The notes beneath the pieces were generated by a model. It was not told the origin of the DNA and did no database searches. It was given only the letters and a program-made list of their open reading frames with translations. A stretch of DNA of 64,000 nucleotides from the human T2T-CHM13v2.0 reference genome, Homo sapiens, in NCBI RefSeq assembly GCF_009914755.1, contig NC_060927.1. One strand, given 5' to 3'. Position numbers and translations under genes: made by a program. The stretch's first letter is position 1, and every line of letters starts with the position of its first letter. This document shows positions 40,301 through 55,557 of the stretch, piece by piece.

Positions 40301-40399
40301 ACTAGGACTTACTGGTAAGATCATGGATGCACACTCTGGTCATTATTTCTCCCAAAGTCATTGGAGCCTCTTTTCCTTACTGGGGAGAGGGACACTCAT

Positions 40400-40790
40400 G
40401 TTGGGTACTGATGTGGGATGGGAAGGCAAGTTCCTTTTCTAATACTAAGATTGTTACCCCGTTCTTTCCACTGATGTGTAAGGGGATACAAACTGGATGG
40501 CTTTTGGGATCTCTTCACTTATTAAAGAGGAAGTTTAAGAAGAAATGCTCTGCTCTGAACCATCTCCTGCCAGATGCCTTTGAATGTAATGGACACCGTG
40601 ATGATTGAAGCTGCTGCAGCCATCTTGTGACAAACAGGGGAAGTAAAAAATAATCGCAGACATGCCAGTTACTGTCATTTTGGAACTGAAACAACCCAGC
40701 AAATACTGTCTTGTAGGCTTCTTGTCATGTGAGGAAATAACTTCCTATTTGTTTAGGTCAATTTTAGTCACAATTTTCTCTTCATGATAG
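40400..40790 (+). mobile_element. Old MLT1 LTR fragment
   Basis: 'gaagctgctgcagccatcttgtgac...ttcttgtcatgtgaggaaataacttcctatttgttta'. Confidence 0.6.
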
Positions 40791-41232
40791 ATAAAAATAT
40801 TTCCATTGTACAGAATCATCTCTTCTACGTAACGACATCTGCTTTTTGAATGCATAGATCTCTCCAGGGGTGCATTCAACCACTCTATGATAAATATTTG
40901 AGTTGGCATTTCTGAAATACATATCCAATGATAAAGATTCTCACCAGTGGTTTCTAAGTCTCACTTCAAAATAACATATAATATGATATTTTAAAAAATA
41001 AATTCAAGTGTTTCAGTAACTGGATAAGAAAATATCGCAAAGAAAAGTCAGTGTCCTTCTCAAGGGTGGGTCTTGGAACAAGTATACGTGTATCCAGAGG
41101 TTGGCTCTACTGATCAAGAAATACTCATGCACCAGGTTAGTGTGGGTCCACCTGGGTGCCCTTGTTTGCACTGTAATAAAATCCAAATGAAATCTTTAAC
41201 CAATTTGCATATGTTCCTAAAACATTTTTTCA

Positions 41233-41541
<309 letters not shown>

Positions 41542-41980
41542 ATATTTTAAATAAAACAAGAAAGTTAACATTTTTTTAACTGGTAACATTTACGGACTAC
41601 ATTGAACATCGCAGACATTAAAAAAAAAGATGAGATGTTTATTAATAAGGTTGTAATTGAAGAAAAAATAAACATCTTCTAGTTTTCCAGTTTTCCTGAA
41701 GGGCCAGAAACAAGATGCACCACATAAAAGATATGTCTGCAAATTATGCATAATTTTTCCTCATCTGAGTAAGGACCTGGAAAAGAATCAGACATATTCC
41801 TCAATTTCTTCCATGGGATTTTAATAAGTCCTACTATTAATTAAATTTTAAGGAGTCTGCATTTAGAAGATAACTGGGTTAAACAAAGTTAATTACATTC
41901 TTTAAAATTATACAAATAACATATGAATATTATCTTATTACAAAAAAGACAAAAAATAACACTTTAAAAAGTTCTTCTTG

Positions 41981-42107
41981 GGCCAGGCTTAGTGGCTCAT
42001 ACCTGTAATTCTAGCAGTTTTGGAGGCCTAGGCGAGATCACTTGAGCCCCGGAGTTTGAGACCACCCTAAGCAACATTGCGAGACCTGTCTCTATATTAA
42101 AAAAAAA
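41981..42107 (+). mobile_element. FLAM_C-like Alu monomer
   Basis: Single monomer with A tail and TSD-like aaaaagt(t/c)cttct. Confidence 0.85.
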
Positions 42108-43049
42108 GTCCTTCTCATCTCTTTCCACTCTCAGTTCCACTCTAGTCTACAAAATAGCAATGTTTGCTACCATATTAATGAGTAGGCATCAGATTTTTTT
42201 TCCTATGATGGTACGTATTCACATGTGTACTGCATAGGAAAAATGTATATGGGCATGCATGTGTGTGTGTGTATTAAGTGGCTGTTTACATAAATAACCC
42301 CCATATTCTGTAGGTATTTTATTTTATAAGCGTTTTTGTGACTTTTTTCAAGTAACAATATCTCTTAAATATTTTGTCAGTGTATATAGATAAAATTAAA
42401 TCATTTTGAAGGTCAGCACCATGATGTGCTGTCATATCCTAATTTCTTGAAACATTCTGCATTCTTGCCTGTTACAATAGTTGCAACAGACCAACAATTT
42501 CTACTCATATTAAATTAAGGACATTTTCTCAATTTCAGTTTAGAGAACCACCCTCTATCATCTTAGCACTTCCCCTTTCCCCTGTATCAGAAATCTCTTT
42601 TTATGTGCAGTAGTCATGTCTTGGAGTTTCTGTAGTATATATTTTAATGCTAGAAGTTCTTAATGTTTTTAAATCCTTCCTTCTATGATTTCAAGTGTTG
42701 CCTTCTTCTCACAAAAACATAGTAGGAGTGAACTCTTCAAGCTTTTTGAACTTAGATATGGATGTGGAACTTGCTTTGGCTAGTCATTTCTTCCAAAAAC
42801 TTCACAAGCCAATGGTGACCTTCCGTGTTCTCCGCCTCGTGCCAGATGATCCTAGAAGCAAGTGTTGAGTTGGAGCCTTCATTAACCTAGGTCACCGAGT
42901 GACAATGATAAACAAAGTACTAGCAAACCTTTATTAGTTTTATAGCCTGATAAATAAATAAATGTTTGTTGTGCTAAACGACTGTCAGGATTATTTGTTA
43001 TTTCAGCATAACCTAGTTAAGCTTAACTGACGCCACTACACATTCTTTG

Positions 43050-43660
43050 GCTTCCAACTTCACTTACTTTCATAAGAAAACTTCTTGGTATAACTGTCTA
43101 TACTGTATTTACTTTCTCAACTTTATCTTTTTCCCATGACAGTCATTCTTCAATTACCATCACTACTCTAAAATTGCTTCCAATAGCCCTAATACCATTC
43201 ATGTTTCCAGATTCAAGGGTTAGTTCTCAGTCTCTAGCTTGACGTCTCACAAGTATTCACCATGGTGAAAATTATTTTCTTTTTTTGCCTTCCAGAATAC
43301 CACATTCTGATAGTTTTCCTCTTATCCACTAACCAAACCATCTGAGTCCTCTTGGTTTATCTCATACAATAGCCCTGAGTGAACTTTAAAAAACATTAAC
43401 TTTACCATATTACTTTCCTGCTCAAAATCTTCCCAAGGATCTATAGCATATTAACATCCATGCTCTTTATCCTGGCCTAAAAACCCTGCAAGATTTGGCA
43501 TCCACCCACTAATATGTCCTCATTGCATTCCACTCCCCTCCCTAAACTCCAGCCACACACACCTCTCTTCTAGTTCAAATATGCCAAGATAGCAACCAAA
43601 TTAGAGTCTTTGTACTAATTGGTCCCTCTGCTTGGAATGATTTTAATGCGTATACTTCCA
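43050..43660. mobile_element. L2 fragments
   Basis: 'ccatcactactctaaaattgct...cctgctcaaaatcttcc...ctccagccacac...ccctctgcttggaatg'. Confidence 0.6.
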
Positions 43661-43667
43661 CTGCTGA

Positions 43668-44240
43668 TGTGTTATGCAGTTTTTAAAGAAGGCTTCACCT
43701 CTTGCTATTTTCATACCTTAGTATAATCCACTCCTTTGAGTATGACCTGGAATTAGTGATTTGCTTCTAATAAACATAATACAGCAAAAAATGAGCAGAT
43801 GTCACTTCCGAGATTAGGTTACAAAATTCCATGACTTCTATTTTGCTAGCTGAATTTCTCCATTGTCTTCTTGGCTTATAAGATCTGATGAAGCTAGCTA
43901 CCATATTGGAAAGGCCCACATGGCTAGGATCTGGCTGACCGCCAGTGAAGAATCAAGGCCTTCAATCCAGTAACTTGCCAGCAACTGAACTCTGCTAACA
44001 GCCACATAAGCTTGGAAGTAGATCCTTCCTCAGTTGATCCTGAGGATGAGATTACAGCCTTGGCCAATGTCTTAATTCTAACCTGTCATAGACCATGAAG
44101 CAGAGAACACAGACAGATCATGCCTGCATTTCTGATCCACACAAACATTGAGGAAATACATATGTGTTGTTTTAAGCTTCTAAGTTTTACCTTAAACTTA
44201 TTGAGACCAAACTCAGATTTATAACTCAGATTAGATAAAT
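43668..44240 (+). mobile_element. MLT1 (D/E-like) MaLR LTR
   Basis: 'gatgtcacttccgagattaggttacaaa...aactgaactctgctaacagccac...tgtgttgttttaagcttctaagttt'. Confidence 0.8.
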
Positions 44241-45299
44241 AATATCATTGACTTCTTCTCATGCAGGTATTGACCTAAATGTCAAATAATTAGAATGCTC
44301 TCCTCTACAACTTAACCTAAAATTGCTGCTTCATCCTCACTAACAAATATCTCAATTTGCTTTCTTTATAGCTTGTTGCTGTCTTATGACAAAAACTGCT
44401 AGTGGTAACCAAAGAGTTCTTCTCTCCTACTTCCTCATTAATAGGGCTGCTGGACACATGATTTAAACACCTAAATAAAATGAAAATAATATTAATATTA
44501 AACTCACAAATTTATTATGAAGACAAATAAGAGAAGGCATGCAAGGTTCCTGGTACACAGTAAAGTACCTGATAAATGTTTGCTATTGTTTGTGTATTTT
44601 TTCCATTATTTATACTGTAGCACTGCCAGTTTCATTTGTTTTGGGACAAATAATTTTGAGTTTCTCCTGTTGCCAGATGACTATCTTTGTGGACAGAATT
44701 CATTTATGATACCATAATGTCATAGACTTTTAGATCTAGAGGGGACATGTAACAATCAACTAAAATTAATATTCAACAACCATTTATTGAGTAGCTATTC
44801 AGGACTTGGCTAGGAGTTAGATAAAGACTCCAAATGGAAGAGGATGTAAGTTACAAAGATACGTTATTCTGCTTTTAAAATACTATAAATGGACTTAAAA
44901 GACTTGGCAAGTGCAGCCTTACCTCCCCACCTCCACAACCCTTAGACCCAATTGCCGACAGTAGACTATGTGCTTCTCATGCTTAGATGTGCCAGGCCAT
45001 TTGACAATGGCCACTCTGTGGATGTCCACTGCTCATGTTCCCTGTGGATGTGGGCCAGGAGCATCAAATACTGTCTTTATGGATGCTGAGCCCCTCAGAC
45101 AGGAGGTGATGCCAGCTTGCACAGAAAAAGTTCTGGCTAGGCCTTGCAACCAGATGGTTGGCTGCAGGCCCAGCTACATTTTTTTCTCCATTTAATTTCT
45201 GGTCTGAAAGTTACTGTTTCCAGTGGTGACCTGGGGACCGTAAATTATGAGGCTTGTTGATGAGTTCTGAAAAGTACTTTGTAAGTAGATCTTATGAAA

Positions 45300-45430
45300 T
45301 GCATTGAGCACTTAAGTCCCAGACACAGCAGTGTTTTCAAATGTTATCTCATTTAATCCTTATACCAAATTTCTGATATAGGTGTTATTGTTATATCTAC
45401 TTTACAGATAAGAAAACTGAGGTTTGGGGA
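45300..45430 (-). mobile_element. MIR
   Basis: 'atctcatttaatcct...tttacagataagaaaactgaggt'. Confidence 0.8.
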
Positions 45431-46551
45431 CATAAAGAAAAAAATTAAAAATAGTCCCTTGAAGGAAAGCTATGAGAATGTTGTGAATATTTAATATTTT
45501 CTTTCTTAATAAAGTCTAATTTAATATGTAGATTTTTTTGTCCCTTAGAGCCTAGTTGGTAAAATATAAGTTAGAAAACAAATCTGACAAAATTGGCACT
45601 AGTATTTGACCGATCACATAAAAATGTTATGTAACATGCAGTAGCATATAGTAGATACGCATCAACACTGTACACAGAATATAAAGTTCTTTTATTATTT
45701 AATCACATAATGCAAAGGCAATACTTTTGATTAATTAAGGGTGGGTCCACAGACTGAAGTTTCTTTTTGCTCTTTAGTCATTAAAAATACTCATGTTGCA
45801 TCATCTAAGATTTCTACTTTCCTTACAGAAGCAAAGGTCTTCATTTACGGCTTTAGTTACCTTACAGAAGCAAAGTCTTTTTTACATTCTTATAATTGCC
45901 TTCTCCAATTATTTAAAACTTTCATATACCTAAAGCTACAATAATTTGAGCCAAATGCCTTTTATGAGTTGTTTCCTGGAACATACACATGACTTCAGTT
46001 TCTCAATGTTTGAAAAGAAGAAAGCTTAAAGTTTAACATCTAATTGTAATAAATGGGTTTGGGAACAAATGCAACTTACTCTTAGGAATGGCACAGATGG
46101 TGACTAATCTGCAACGTCTCTTAAAGGAGACTGGAGCAGAGGGCACACCTTGGCCACTGTTTACTTATCTTTAAGATCACATTTCTTTCTATTGACATCA
46201 GCATCACATGAACCAATGTTTTGGATTTTTCTTCATCATTATATTCCTAGAATATTCCCTTACTAATAATTCCTATGTCCCACTGGCTTGCAGAAATGAG
46301 TAGGGATACTTTTACAATTGAGAAGAAAACACAAAGTATACTTAAAAAAGTCATTCACTGCCAAAGAAAATTCCACATATGTGGCTTGATTTCATTGGGA
46401 ATTATTAAAAAATGCAAGGTATGCTTTCCCTGTATTAGGACTGTTAAATGGAACACTCTGTGATAATGGAAAAGTTCACTATAGGCCTTTTCTCCCTGTT
46501 GGGTTGTTTCTAATCTTATCAATTTGTAAGATGGTTTTATATATTCTGTAG

Positions 46552-46705
46552 CTACACTGTTCAATATGTCCTCATTCATTACATGTGGCTATTGAGCACT
46601 TTAAATACGGCTAGTAAAACTGAAGAACTGAATTTTTCATTTTATTTAATTTTAATTCAATTTAAATAGCCATGCATAACTTGTGGCTATGATATTGTCT
46701 AAGGC
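46552..46705. mobile_element. MER3-like hAT-Charlie element
   Basis: 'cactgttcaatatg...acatgtggctattgagcactt...actgaagaactgaatttt...tttaaatagcca'. Confidence 0.8.
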
Positions 46706-49391
46706 AGATCTACATCTATTATTCCGGCTGACTTAAATACAGGGCTTCTCAAATACAAGGCCAACTTATTTGATTGCATATATGACAATGTAATGTAAGT
46801 TACCAGAGTGATTTCATGTAACGATAGAATATTTCTTCTTAGGTTTAGTAAAAGAGGGTGTGTGAGATAAGTACATGTCTGCACACAAATATATGCTAGC
46901 TATGTAATAAATTATTCACCACATCTCTAGATAAATTATTTTCATTTTGGTTTAGGGGAGTTTGAGCCTTGTTTATGTGTGAGAAAAGTCAGAAGGCAAA
47001 TACTTTGCCATCAGGATACAGACAGACAAATTCTTGCTTGGAATAACATAAAAATGTACGTAAATATTCACATTCTTACCAATGCTCGTGAAATGAACTG
47101 ATGAGAAAACAGAAATATGCAAAATAATGCAAATATGAAAGCAGATCAACTGGCAAGTCCTGCTGTTTGACATCTAATGATCATTGCATAACTACCTGGA
47201 TACAGGAATGCTATTTAAATCATGTCTGCTAAGTCTACCTAGTCAGCTTCCCGGTATATTCAGGAGTTGGAATCCTTACTAGCCCATGAATTGCCTCACC
47301 CCCCAACTTGGAAATCATGTTTTGAAGCCTAATTTACATCAGAATCTCCCAATCAGCACAAGTAAAGTGGACTGAACGTTTTCATGTAGAAATAATCTAC
47401 TGATATCTGTAATGTTGCAAAAATACATATGTGACCAAGCAAGATATAATCAAAATATGTGTTTGCATTATTTTACCACTACTTTGATATTTTAGTGTTT
47501 TTTGGGGGGGCATTTAAAATGTCTTCTTTTAACAAAAATATTTTAAATGTACAATAATTGTGGAATATCTTTCATAACATGAACTGGCCATGTTTTCTGC
47601 AAAACTTAAATGAATGCAACTTTTGCATCTGGATTGATTTTAATTATATGAAAGAACAACCCCCAGATACTATTTGGACACGGAGGAGAGATAAGTATAA
47701 GGTATATAACGAGAGTCAGCAAACCCTTTTCAATGTAAATCATAGCATTATGTATTGTCAACACTAGTAATTTGTCTGAGGGTAGAGGGGATGAGTCTAA
47801 TGAATACAAAGATTAAATATGTGTTTAAAGCTATAATATACTAAAAATTTTGTAGTATTGCACAGTTTTGCATCCTGTGAAAAATCCTTATTGGAGAATC
47901 ACACATTGAAATTTTTTCAAATGCTCTTGTTTCTCTGCTCACTGGCTACTCAATTTGATGGATGTTATTAAGTTATGTTCAGCCAATTAATATCACACAA
48001 GAGAATAAACCGATTACATTTGGATCTTCCCTCTTGTGGAATCTTCAAAGAATAAGTGTTTTTCATCGAAAGAGCCAGGAATGGTAGTTTCTGCATGATG
48101 GTAAAGATGTTCTGTGCATTAAAGGGAAATGAAATAAAATGCTTTAACGAAGAAACACTGAACGTTGTGGTCTGTGAGACTGATAAACATGCTGAAGTCG
48201 GAATTGCGATTTAGATTTATGAATCAACAGCTCCCAGAGCAAGTGGCTTGTGACCCACTTTCCTCAAGAGACATCAACATGTGTTTTGCATTAATTTGTC
48301 TTGATAGCCTCTTGTTGCTAGCAACTTTTGTGGGAGTAGAAAACACTTCGCCTTTGCCAACCATGTGTGTCTCTCTCCTGCACCCCTACCCTTTTTTAGG
48401 CAAAGCAAAATGAGATAGCTTCAGTTTTACAGTGACTACTAGACACCCAACAATTGAGGAACTTAAAAAAAGTTCATAATTGGCTTGTTTTAAATAGAGC
48501 ATCTTTAAGGCTCTTGAAGTCTTTATTGATAAATTTTAGCAACCTTTTGGCAGTTATTTTCGTTTAAATTACATTGTTGAAATGCGCATTTCACAGATTG
48601 CAAAATATGTCTCGTGGTTGGGACATGAACACAAAGAGGTATTATGAATATTGGATTATCTTAGAGATAGTTTTCTTGGCCTTTATTTTAAAGCCTATTC
48701 ACGAATATTTGTCTAAGTGATAATATTGTAGATATATGATGAACACATGATTTTGACTGCTTTTTAGCCAACAGTTACTAAATTGTAATCACCAATATAT
48801 AGTACAGTTCTATATTCATATAAAAGCTCATTAGAAGGGTATAGAAACTTCTAAACTAGCTGGGTCAAATTTCAACTCTTCCCTAAAGTCAGTGTTAGAA
48901 AGTATTACCAATGGACAGGGACATAACCAAAGAACAACAAAAACAAGAAAGTTGGGAAAGGCTAAAATCTGGAGTTTCAATACATTCTACAATGAACCAG
49001 TGAAAACTCTATAATTAACTTTATATTTGATCCTGGCAAATAAGCTATGTACCACATTAAAACAAAACAAAACACAAAGTGAATTAAAACAACAGTCAAA
49101 GACCTCACAATATTATTTTTCAAGTGGTTGAAAACCACCACTCAAATAGCTTAAGCAATAAGTGGATGCATTATTATAAAACTATGCCCTTATCCAAGTG
49201 CTTATGTAGGGTATATTCCATGAATATTGCACCAACTTTTTCTTTTAAGAGGTAGTAATTCCTTGAATCTATTCTCCTTCCTATTTTGGGTTCATCTTCA
49301 GGCTAGTAGCAAGATGGTTGTAGAAATTTCAGACATTATTTCCAAGGAGAAACCCATTAAAAAGCAGGAAGAGATGTGGGTTTTTGCATAT

Positions 49392-49557
49392 GTTCCTTTA
49401 TGTGGGTGAGGAGGCATTATACAGGAGCCCCCAGCAGACTTCTTTCTTATTTCATTGATGAGAATTAGGCCACAGTTCCTTTATGTGGGTGAGGAGGCAT
49501 TATACAGGAGCCCCCAGCAGACTTCTTTCTTATTTCATTGATGAGAATTAGGCCACA
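49392..49557. repeat. Perfect 83-bp tandem duplication (2 copies) inside an old MLT1-like element
   Basis: 49392-49474 is identical to 49475-49557. Confidence 0.95.
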
Positions 49558-50898
49558 TGTTCACTCTTTAATCAGTTGTTGACAGGAGAAACTGGGTTCC
49601 AAAAATTGCCTTAGACAAATCAGGAGTGACCTTTGACCTAAAGACGTTGCTATATTCACATGGAGGGGAAAAACATGCAGGGAGTGGGTGAACATGCAAA
49701 AAATAATGTGAACCTGTGGATAACTGAGGGCCCACTTTGTTATACCATTTCATATAAGTGACTTGAGCTTCAATGTATTGTTGGTATCTATGAGGGGTTC
49801 TGAAACAAATCTCTGGTGAATACACAGGGTCTATTATAAGTCTTATGTATTATTGAAGTGATTTAATTGTTGGCTTTCCAGCTTCCTTTTGCAGTCTGAA
49901 GTCTTCTTTATGCATCTGGGAATATTAAAACGGTTGGATTAGAACAGACTCCAGTCCACAGGAACTACAGTATAAGCGATGAACTGGTTTTTCACAATTC
50001 TATTGCCTAACAGGAGAAGCTGGACGCACTGTATTAGTTTATCTTATTCATGATCTGCAGGATTTCTTCAGAAGTGCTCTCTTAAAGTCCTAACTAACTG
50101 GCTGTGAAGGTAACGACTTCATCCTCAAACACTATCATCAATTACTGACTTTTAAAGGCTCTCTTCAACAATTTAGCTATCAATAGAAACCACACACCAA
50201 TGCGTAGATTTTAGTGACAGGTATTTCTATGGAATGGAGAAAGCATTGTGTACAGGGTGGTTCAACAAGTTTGGCGAGGATTTAAACCTTCTCGTAAAGA
50301 ATGTTTACATATTAATATTACATATTATAGGTTGGAACTAGGTTTCCTGAGACAAAACTTGTCTGGGTTAGTGTTTTTATTTTGTGATATAGTTACATTA
50401 ATATTAGAAAACATTATATGCATTCACTAATGCTAAAATTTCATAGTGCAGGTTTGAACTTAACGTCACCATCCTAGACCACATTATGAGATGCTATACA
50501 ATGGTAGGCATTTGGTCCACTTTTGTTGTAGATATTCATTCTCATTCAGCAAATACCAATTGAAATAGATTAAACTTTTTATGATAATAAATCAATCATC
50601 AAATATTTAAAAATAATAAGACATCACTATATGTGCCAGTCAAAATAGACTTCTGATAACAGTTGGTTATATTTCTGTTTTACTTGAAAGTAATGAAACA
50701 TAGCTACATTTGGATTTCCTTTTGTGTCTTACTACCAATTCCATTTTCCCTCCATTTCTAGAAGAAATCACTCTTAAGACTTTGGTGTGAAACCTTTCTG
50801 GTCATTTACCATATATTTCATTAAAAATATTTCCCACAAATTTCTCGATGAAAAATTTATGGCCTGCGTTTGTTTGCTTGTTTTAATGACAGTGCAGC

Positions 50899-51332
50899 TG
50901 TCATGAGATTGTGCCTCATAGACCTCCTCCAACAAGGGGAGTAATTGACCAAGAGGCTCAAGTGCTGCCCTTTGAAATTCATTGTGGTGGTTATGCTAAG
51001 GCCAAGCCTTCTATCAGATGCTTCCTGCCAATGAATGAGTGCTAAGAAGATACTAAAGCAGCCTTGCTCTTGAGACATGTCTGTGAACTTTGTCTCAAGG
51101 ACTTCCCATTGACTTTCTTGAACATTTCTTAGACAAGCAGGGGCTATACGTGTCTTCCACCCAAACTTCTCTCCCTCCTGCACAGTGTCAGACTAGCATT
51201 ACAGTTTGATGACTTTCCCAGTTTTTGTCAGCTCCCTTTTTATTTCCCTTCATATGGACATTTCCTCTTATAAAATCTTTGGATGTTTTATTCTCTCTTG
51301 GTGACTGCTTCTTGCATAGCCAGGACTAACAG
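50899..51332 (+). mobile_element. ERVL-class LTR (LTR33/40/41-like)
   Basis: TG start, ending 'tctcttggtgactgcttcttgcatagccaggactaaca'. Confidence 0.55.
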
Positions 51333-51419
51333 AGATGGCCTCATACAAGGGGAAGACTTCTCCAATTAAATGACTTAATAATATATTAATTTTTTGGCTC
51401 TCTAGTAAATTCTATATAG

Positions 51420-51900
51420 ATCTACTGTATTTTTTAAAAATTGACCTACAAGATTCAGTTTTATGAATCTATTACAGCTGACTTATCTATTCCCTTATTG
51501 ATGGGTATTTATCTTGTTTTGATTTTCTTGCTATTATGCAATATGCTTCAATGAACACACTCGTGCATGTCATATTGTGCACATGAGCAAGAGTAATTCT
51601 AGTTACAAACCTAGAATTTAAATTATTGGATCAGAAAGTATAATACATGATCAATTTTCCTATGTACAACTGTATTTCTTAATATAAGAAAAATAGATAG
51701 AACTAATTTATATTTCCACTGGTAGAGTGTGAATTATTCTTCCTCTCTATTCTTGCCAACACCTAATATTGTGAGATTGTTTAATTTCCTGAGGCTCTCA
51801 TTTAACGCTTTAGTATACATTTCTCTTATTCTAATGAACTGAACATCTTTTCATATGTTTACTGAAATTTCTCAGTTCCTATGATGTCCCATGCACTATG
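51420..51900 (-). mobile_element. Old L1M fragment
   Basis: 'ttatctattcccttattgatgggtattta...ttcttgccaacacct...tgaacatcttttcatatgttta'. Confidence 0.7.
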
Positions 51901-53544
51901 TTATTTATGAAGACATTTTAAAATCAGAATTTATAAACTTAAATTGTAATATGATTCAGTGTATTGTACAGAATGAAATTAATTTTGCATAACCACAGGG
52001 GAACCATCAGCCACCATCTATTTAAATACCTCCAATTAAATAATTTTTACTAATACCCCATGTCTTTTAATATTGAAGAATTCTAAGCTCTAACAAATAG
52101 CCCTGTAAAGTGCTTCTCTATTTAGTAATCCTCAAGGTTTAAAATCCCTATATTCATGTTTATAATCACAGACTGGTAAGCTCTTTCAAGAATTTGTTTT
52201 CTTCTTATAGTTCAAATATTTTTTCAATGTGCTTTAAATTTATGTATTTAATATTCCTGTTCTAAATTTGAGGTCACCAAGGAGACATGTCTAGAAGTTT
52301 CCATTTGTTCAAAGACAGGATTGCTACAGAGATAGCTTCTTTATATTTTTATTATTTCTCAGCTGTTTTTGTTGTGTCACTTCCAAATAACATATTAACA
52401 AAGAAACTAGTTTGATGCTTTATTACAACTGGACCACATCCCAGATATATTGATGCTTCAGTGAGGGCACTTTAATATAACCAAACCCACTCGAACCAAC
52501 TTAAAGAAAGTAGGGGGAAATATGATATATGCTTTATGTGTCACATAAAAGATAGGAATGCATTGGGAACTTCAAAATAAACTGAAAGAATCAAATGGGA
52601 AAGGAACACTCATTCTGCCTTTCATGTCTGTTCGTTTCCTTGAATCTATCTCATTTTTCATCCTGGTTGAATGTTCTGGAATGTTCAACAAGAATATTCT
52701 TCTTCAGAGACCACATGTTGGAAATGTAGCTTCTATAACATCCTGAGTTTTTCTATTACTGGCCCACCCACCTGGAGGACAACCGGATTGACTCTTTCCA
52801 TCTTTCAGTTTCCAGGGAAGAGATTTAAAGAGCTCATTTTGGGTTAGCTGCCCAATCCCAAGTCAGTAGACTGCATTTAGTATGATAGAGATGTTTAATA
52901 TAGACATGGCTGCTTCGTATGTACCAACACGGTATGAAGAATACCAGTCACAAACTAGAGTGGAAACTGTTCTCAGACATAAAGTTGGGCTTGATAATCA
53001 GTGTAATCGATGTTCATTGTAGCTGGTGAATGTGGGATAATAAGAATTTACTAAACTCCTACTTTGCTTTCAGCTTTTAGCTTGGTCTTTGAGTGAGAGG
53101 ACTGAAACTTGAGGCTATTGATACTTCCAGCAGTTAACATGAAAGTATCATGTAATTTCTACCATGTGTCAGGCAATATGGCAGACTGTTTACATGTTAC
53201 CTCATTAAATACAATAAACCAAAGGGTGGCTTTCTGATACTCTGTGGCAGCCCTGGACATGCACTGCTCAGATTGCCCTTCCAGAGAACCAGCTGCAGGT
53301 AGCATTGTTGATTGACAACTTCTAGTTGCCACTCCTTTGAATTCACTCCTTTGTTCATATCAGACCATCTTTCCCCTGCAAGATATGGCTGCTTGCTCCC
53401 AGCCACAGACTAAGTCTAGCAGGGACACTGGAATTGGCTGGTTCCTGCCTTCTGCAGGGTTCTTTCTATGGACAAGTTTGGCTCAGGGATTCCCCATCAG
53501 CCATAAGACTTTTTTTTTTTCTTTAGTATTGTGCTGTGGTCTAA

Positions 53545-54082
<538 letters not shown>

Positions 54083-54499
54083 CAAAAGGTGTTTTTCTTC
54101 ATAAGCCTTTTGCATATTTAGTTCTGTCTTGGCATCTGCTTCTTGGAAGACCCAAACTGACATACACCCATTTTATAGATTATTTGTTGAGAAAATAAAT
54201 AAGTTTTCCAAGGTCATATACATATTGTTAGTAAATGCTAAGTGCCAAAACTAAACATAGATCTTTCTGACATGAAAGCTCATATTCTTTCTTCTATATC
54301 ATGATGCTTTCCACTACAGACTCCAAGTGTTATGATAATGTAATCATTAATTTAATGTGCAAGGATTTAGAATAATGTATGGTACATAAAAAGCAATATG
54401 TAACTGTTATTATTCTGTTGATTTTTGCCATTGTTCACATGTTGTAGAAAATGTAGAAAGCAGTTCAGCACAGCAACTTATGGTAAACCTATATGGGAG

Positions 54500-54990
54500 A
54501 TGTTAAAACTGGCCATTCATTCTTTCTCTCTTGCATCTACCCCTTTGCAATGTGACAGTGCATGCCTTTTTATTTTACACCCCTGGAATCAGGATTGGAC
54601 ATGTGACTTTATTTGGCCAAGGAGACATTCATAAACATGATACAAACAAAGTTCTTAAAAGCACTTATACTTGGGGATTGTTTTTCAGTGGCCCTGGGGA
54701 TCTTTCTATCACCTTGTGTAAAAGTCCAAGCTACCCTGCTTCAGGATAAAAGGGCCTATGAAATACAGCAAAATTACTAATGCTAAAGACCTCTCCTAGA
54801 TCAAACAGCTCCTAGATCACCTGGTAGATTATTAAAGATGCATGTGTCAGAATAGCCAAGATGAGCAGAAAAATGATCCACTTGAGCCCAGCCCATATGA
54901 CTGAACACAGAATTAGGGGATAAACAAATGGTCTTGTTTGAAGCTGTAAGTTTTGAAGTGGTTTGTTATCCAGCAAAATTTAACTGTGAC
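54500..54990 (+). mobile_element. MLT1 MaLR LTR
   Basis: 'cccctttgcaatgtgac...gagcccagccca...ttttgaagtggtttgttatccagcaaaa'. Confidence 0.7.
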
Positions 54991-55016
54991 CATAGGTGAG
55001 GAAAGACAAATATTTG

Positions 55017-55557
55017 TAGTGGTCACTCTTGGTTGCCTTTTCAGTGGCTATTCCTTCTCTCTTTCTTATTACCGTTACAGTAATGGTCTTTAGGAATCGG
55101 ACCTATAGCTTCATGAAGCTCTCCCCAGTTGCAGCTAGGTAAATGTTGATTAGCATAAAGGTAAGCATAGTAATGTTATTTATTTTGCTAATGACTAAAC
55201 AGCAGGTATAATGCTGACAAATGACTCACATGGAAATTATCCTGGAGAGGCTTCTGGAATTGCCCTCACTCTTAAAAAGGACATACCACATCCTGCCTTT
55301 GGACATTTTTGTATGATAATATGATGCTTGGATCTCTGGCAGCCACCTTTAAGGTATGAGGTAAAAGATGAGAGAATCACAAAGAAGATCACAAAGAAGT
55401 TGAGGAGGATAACTGATATCACTGACCCAAAGAATTAACCAACCGTTTAACCACCTACCCAATACCTTCTGTTATGTGGGATAATGTATTTTCTACTATA
55501 TAAGATGTACAAATTAGGTTTTTCTATAACTTGTAGCCGAGGGTATCATTTTAGACA
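55017..55557 (+). mobile_element. Old MLT1 (J/K-like) LTR
   Basis: 'gatctctggcagccacctt...ttctgttatgtgggataat...ttctataacttgtagccga'. Confidence 0.6.

Noticed and set aside
49392-49557. Direct repeats as a CRISPR-like or other prokaryotic array
   Set aside because: Only two contiguous copies with no spacers, in mammalian DNA, and no cas-like genes.
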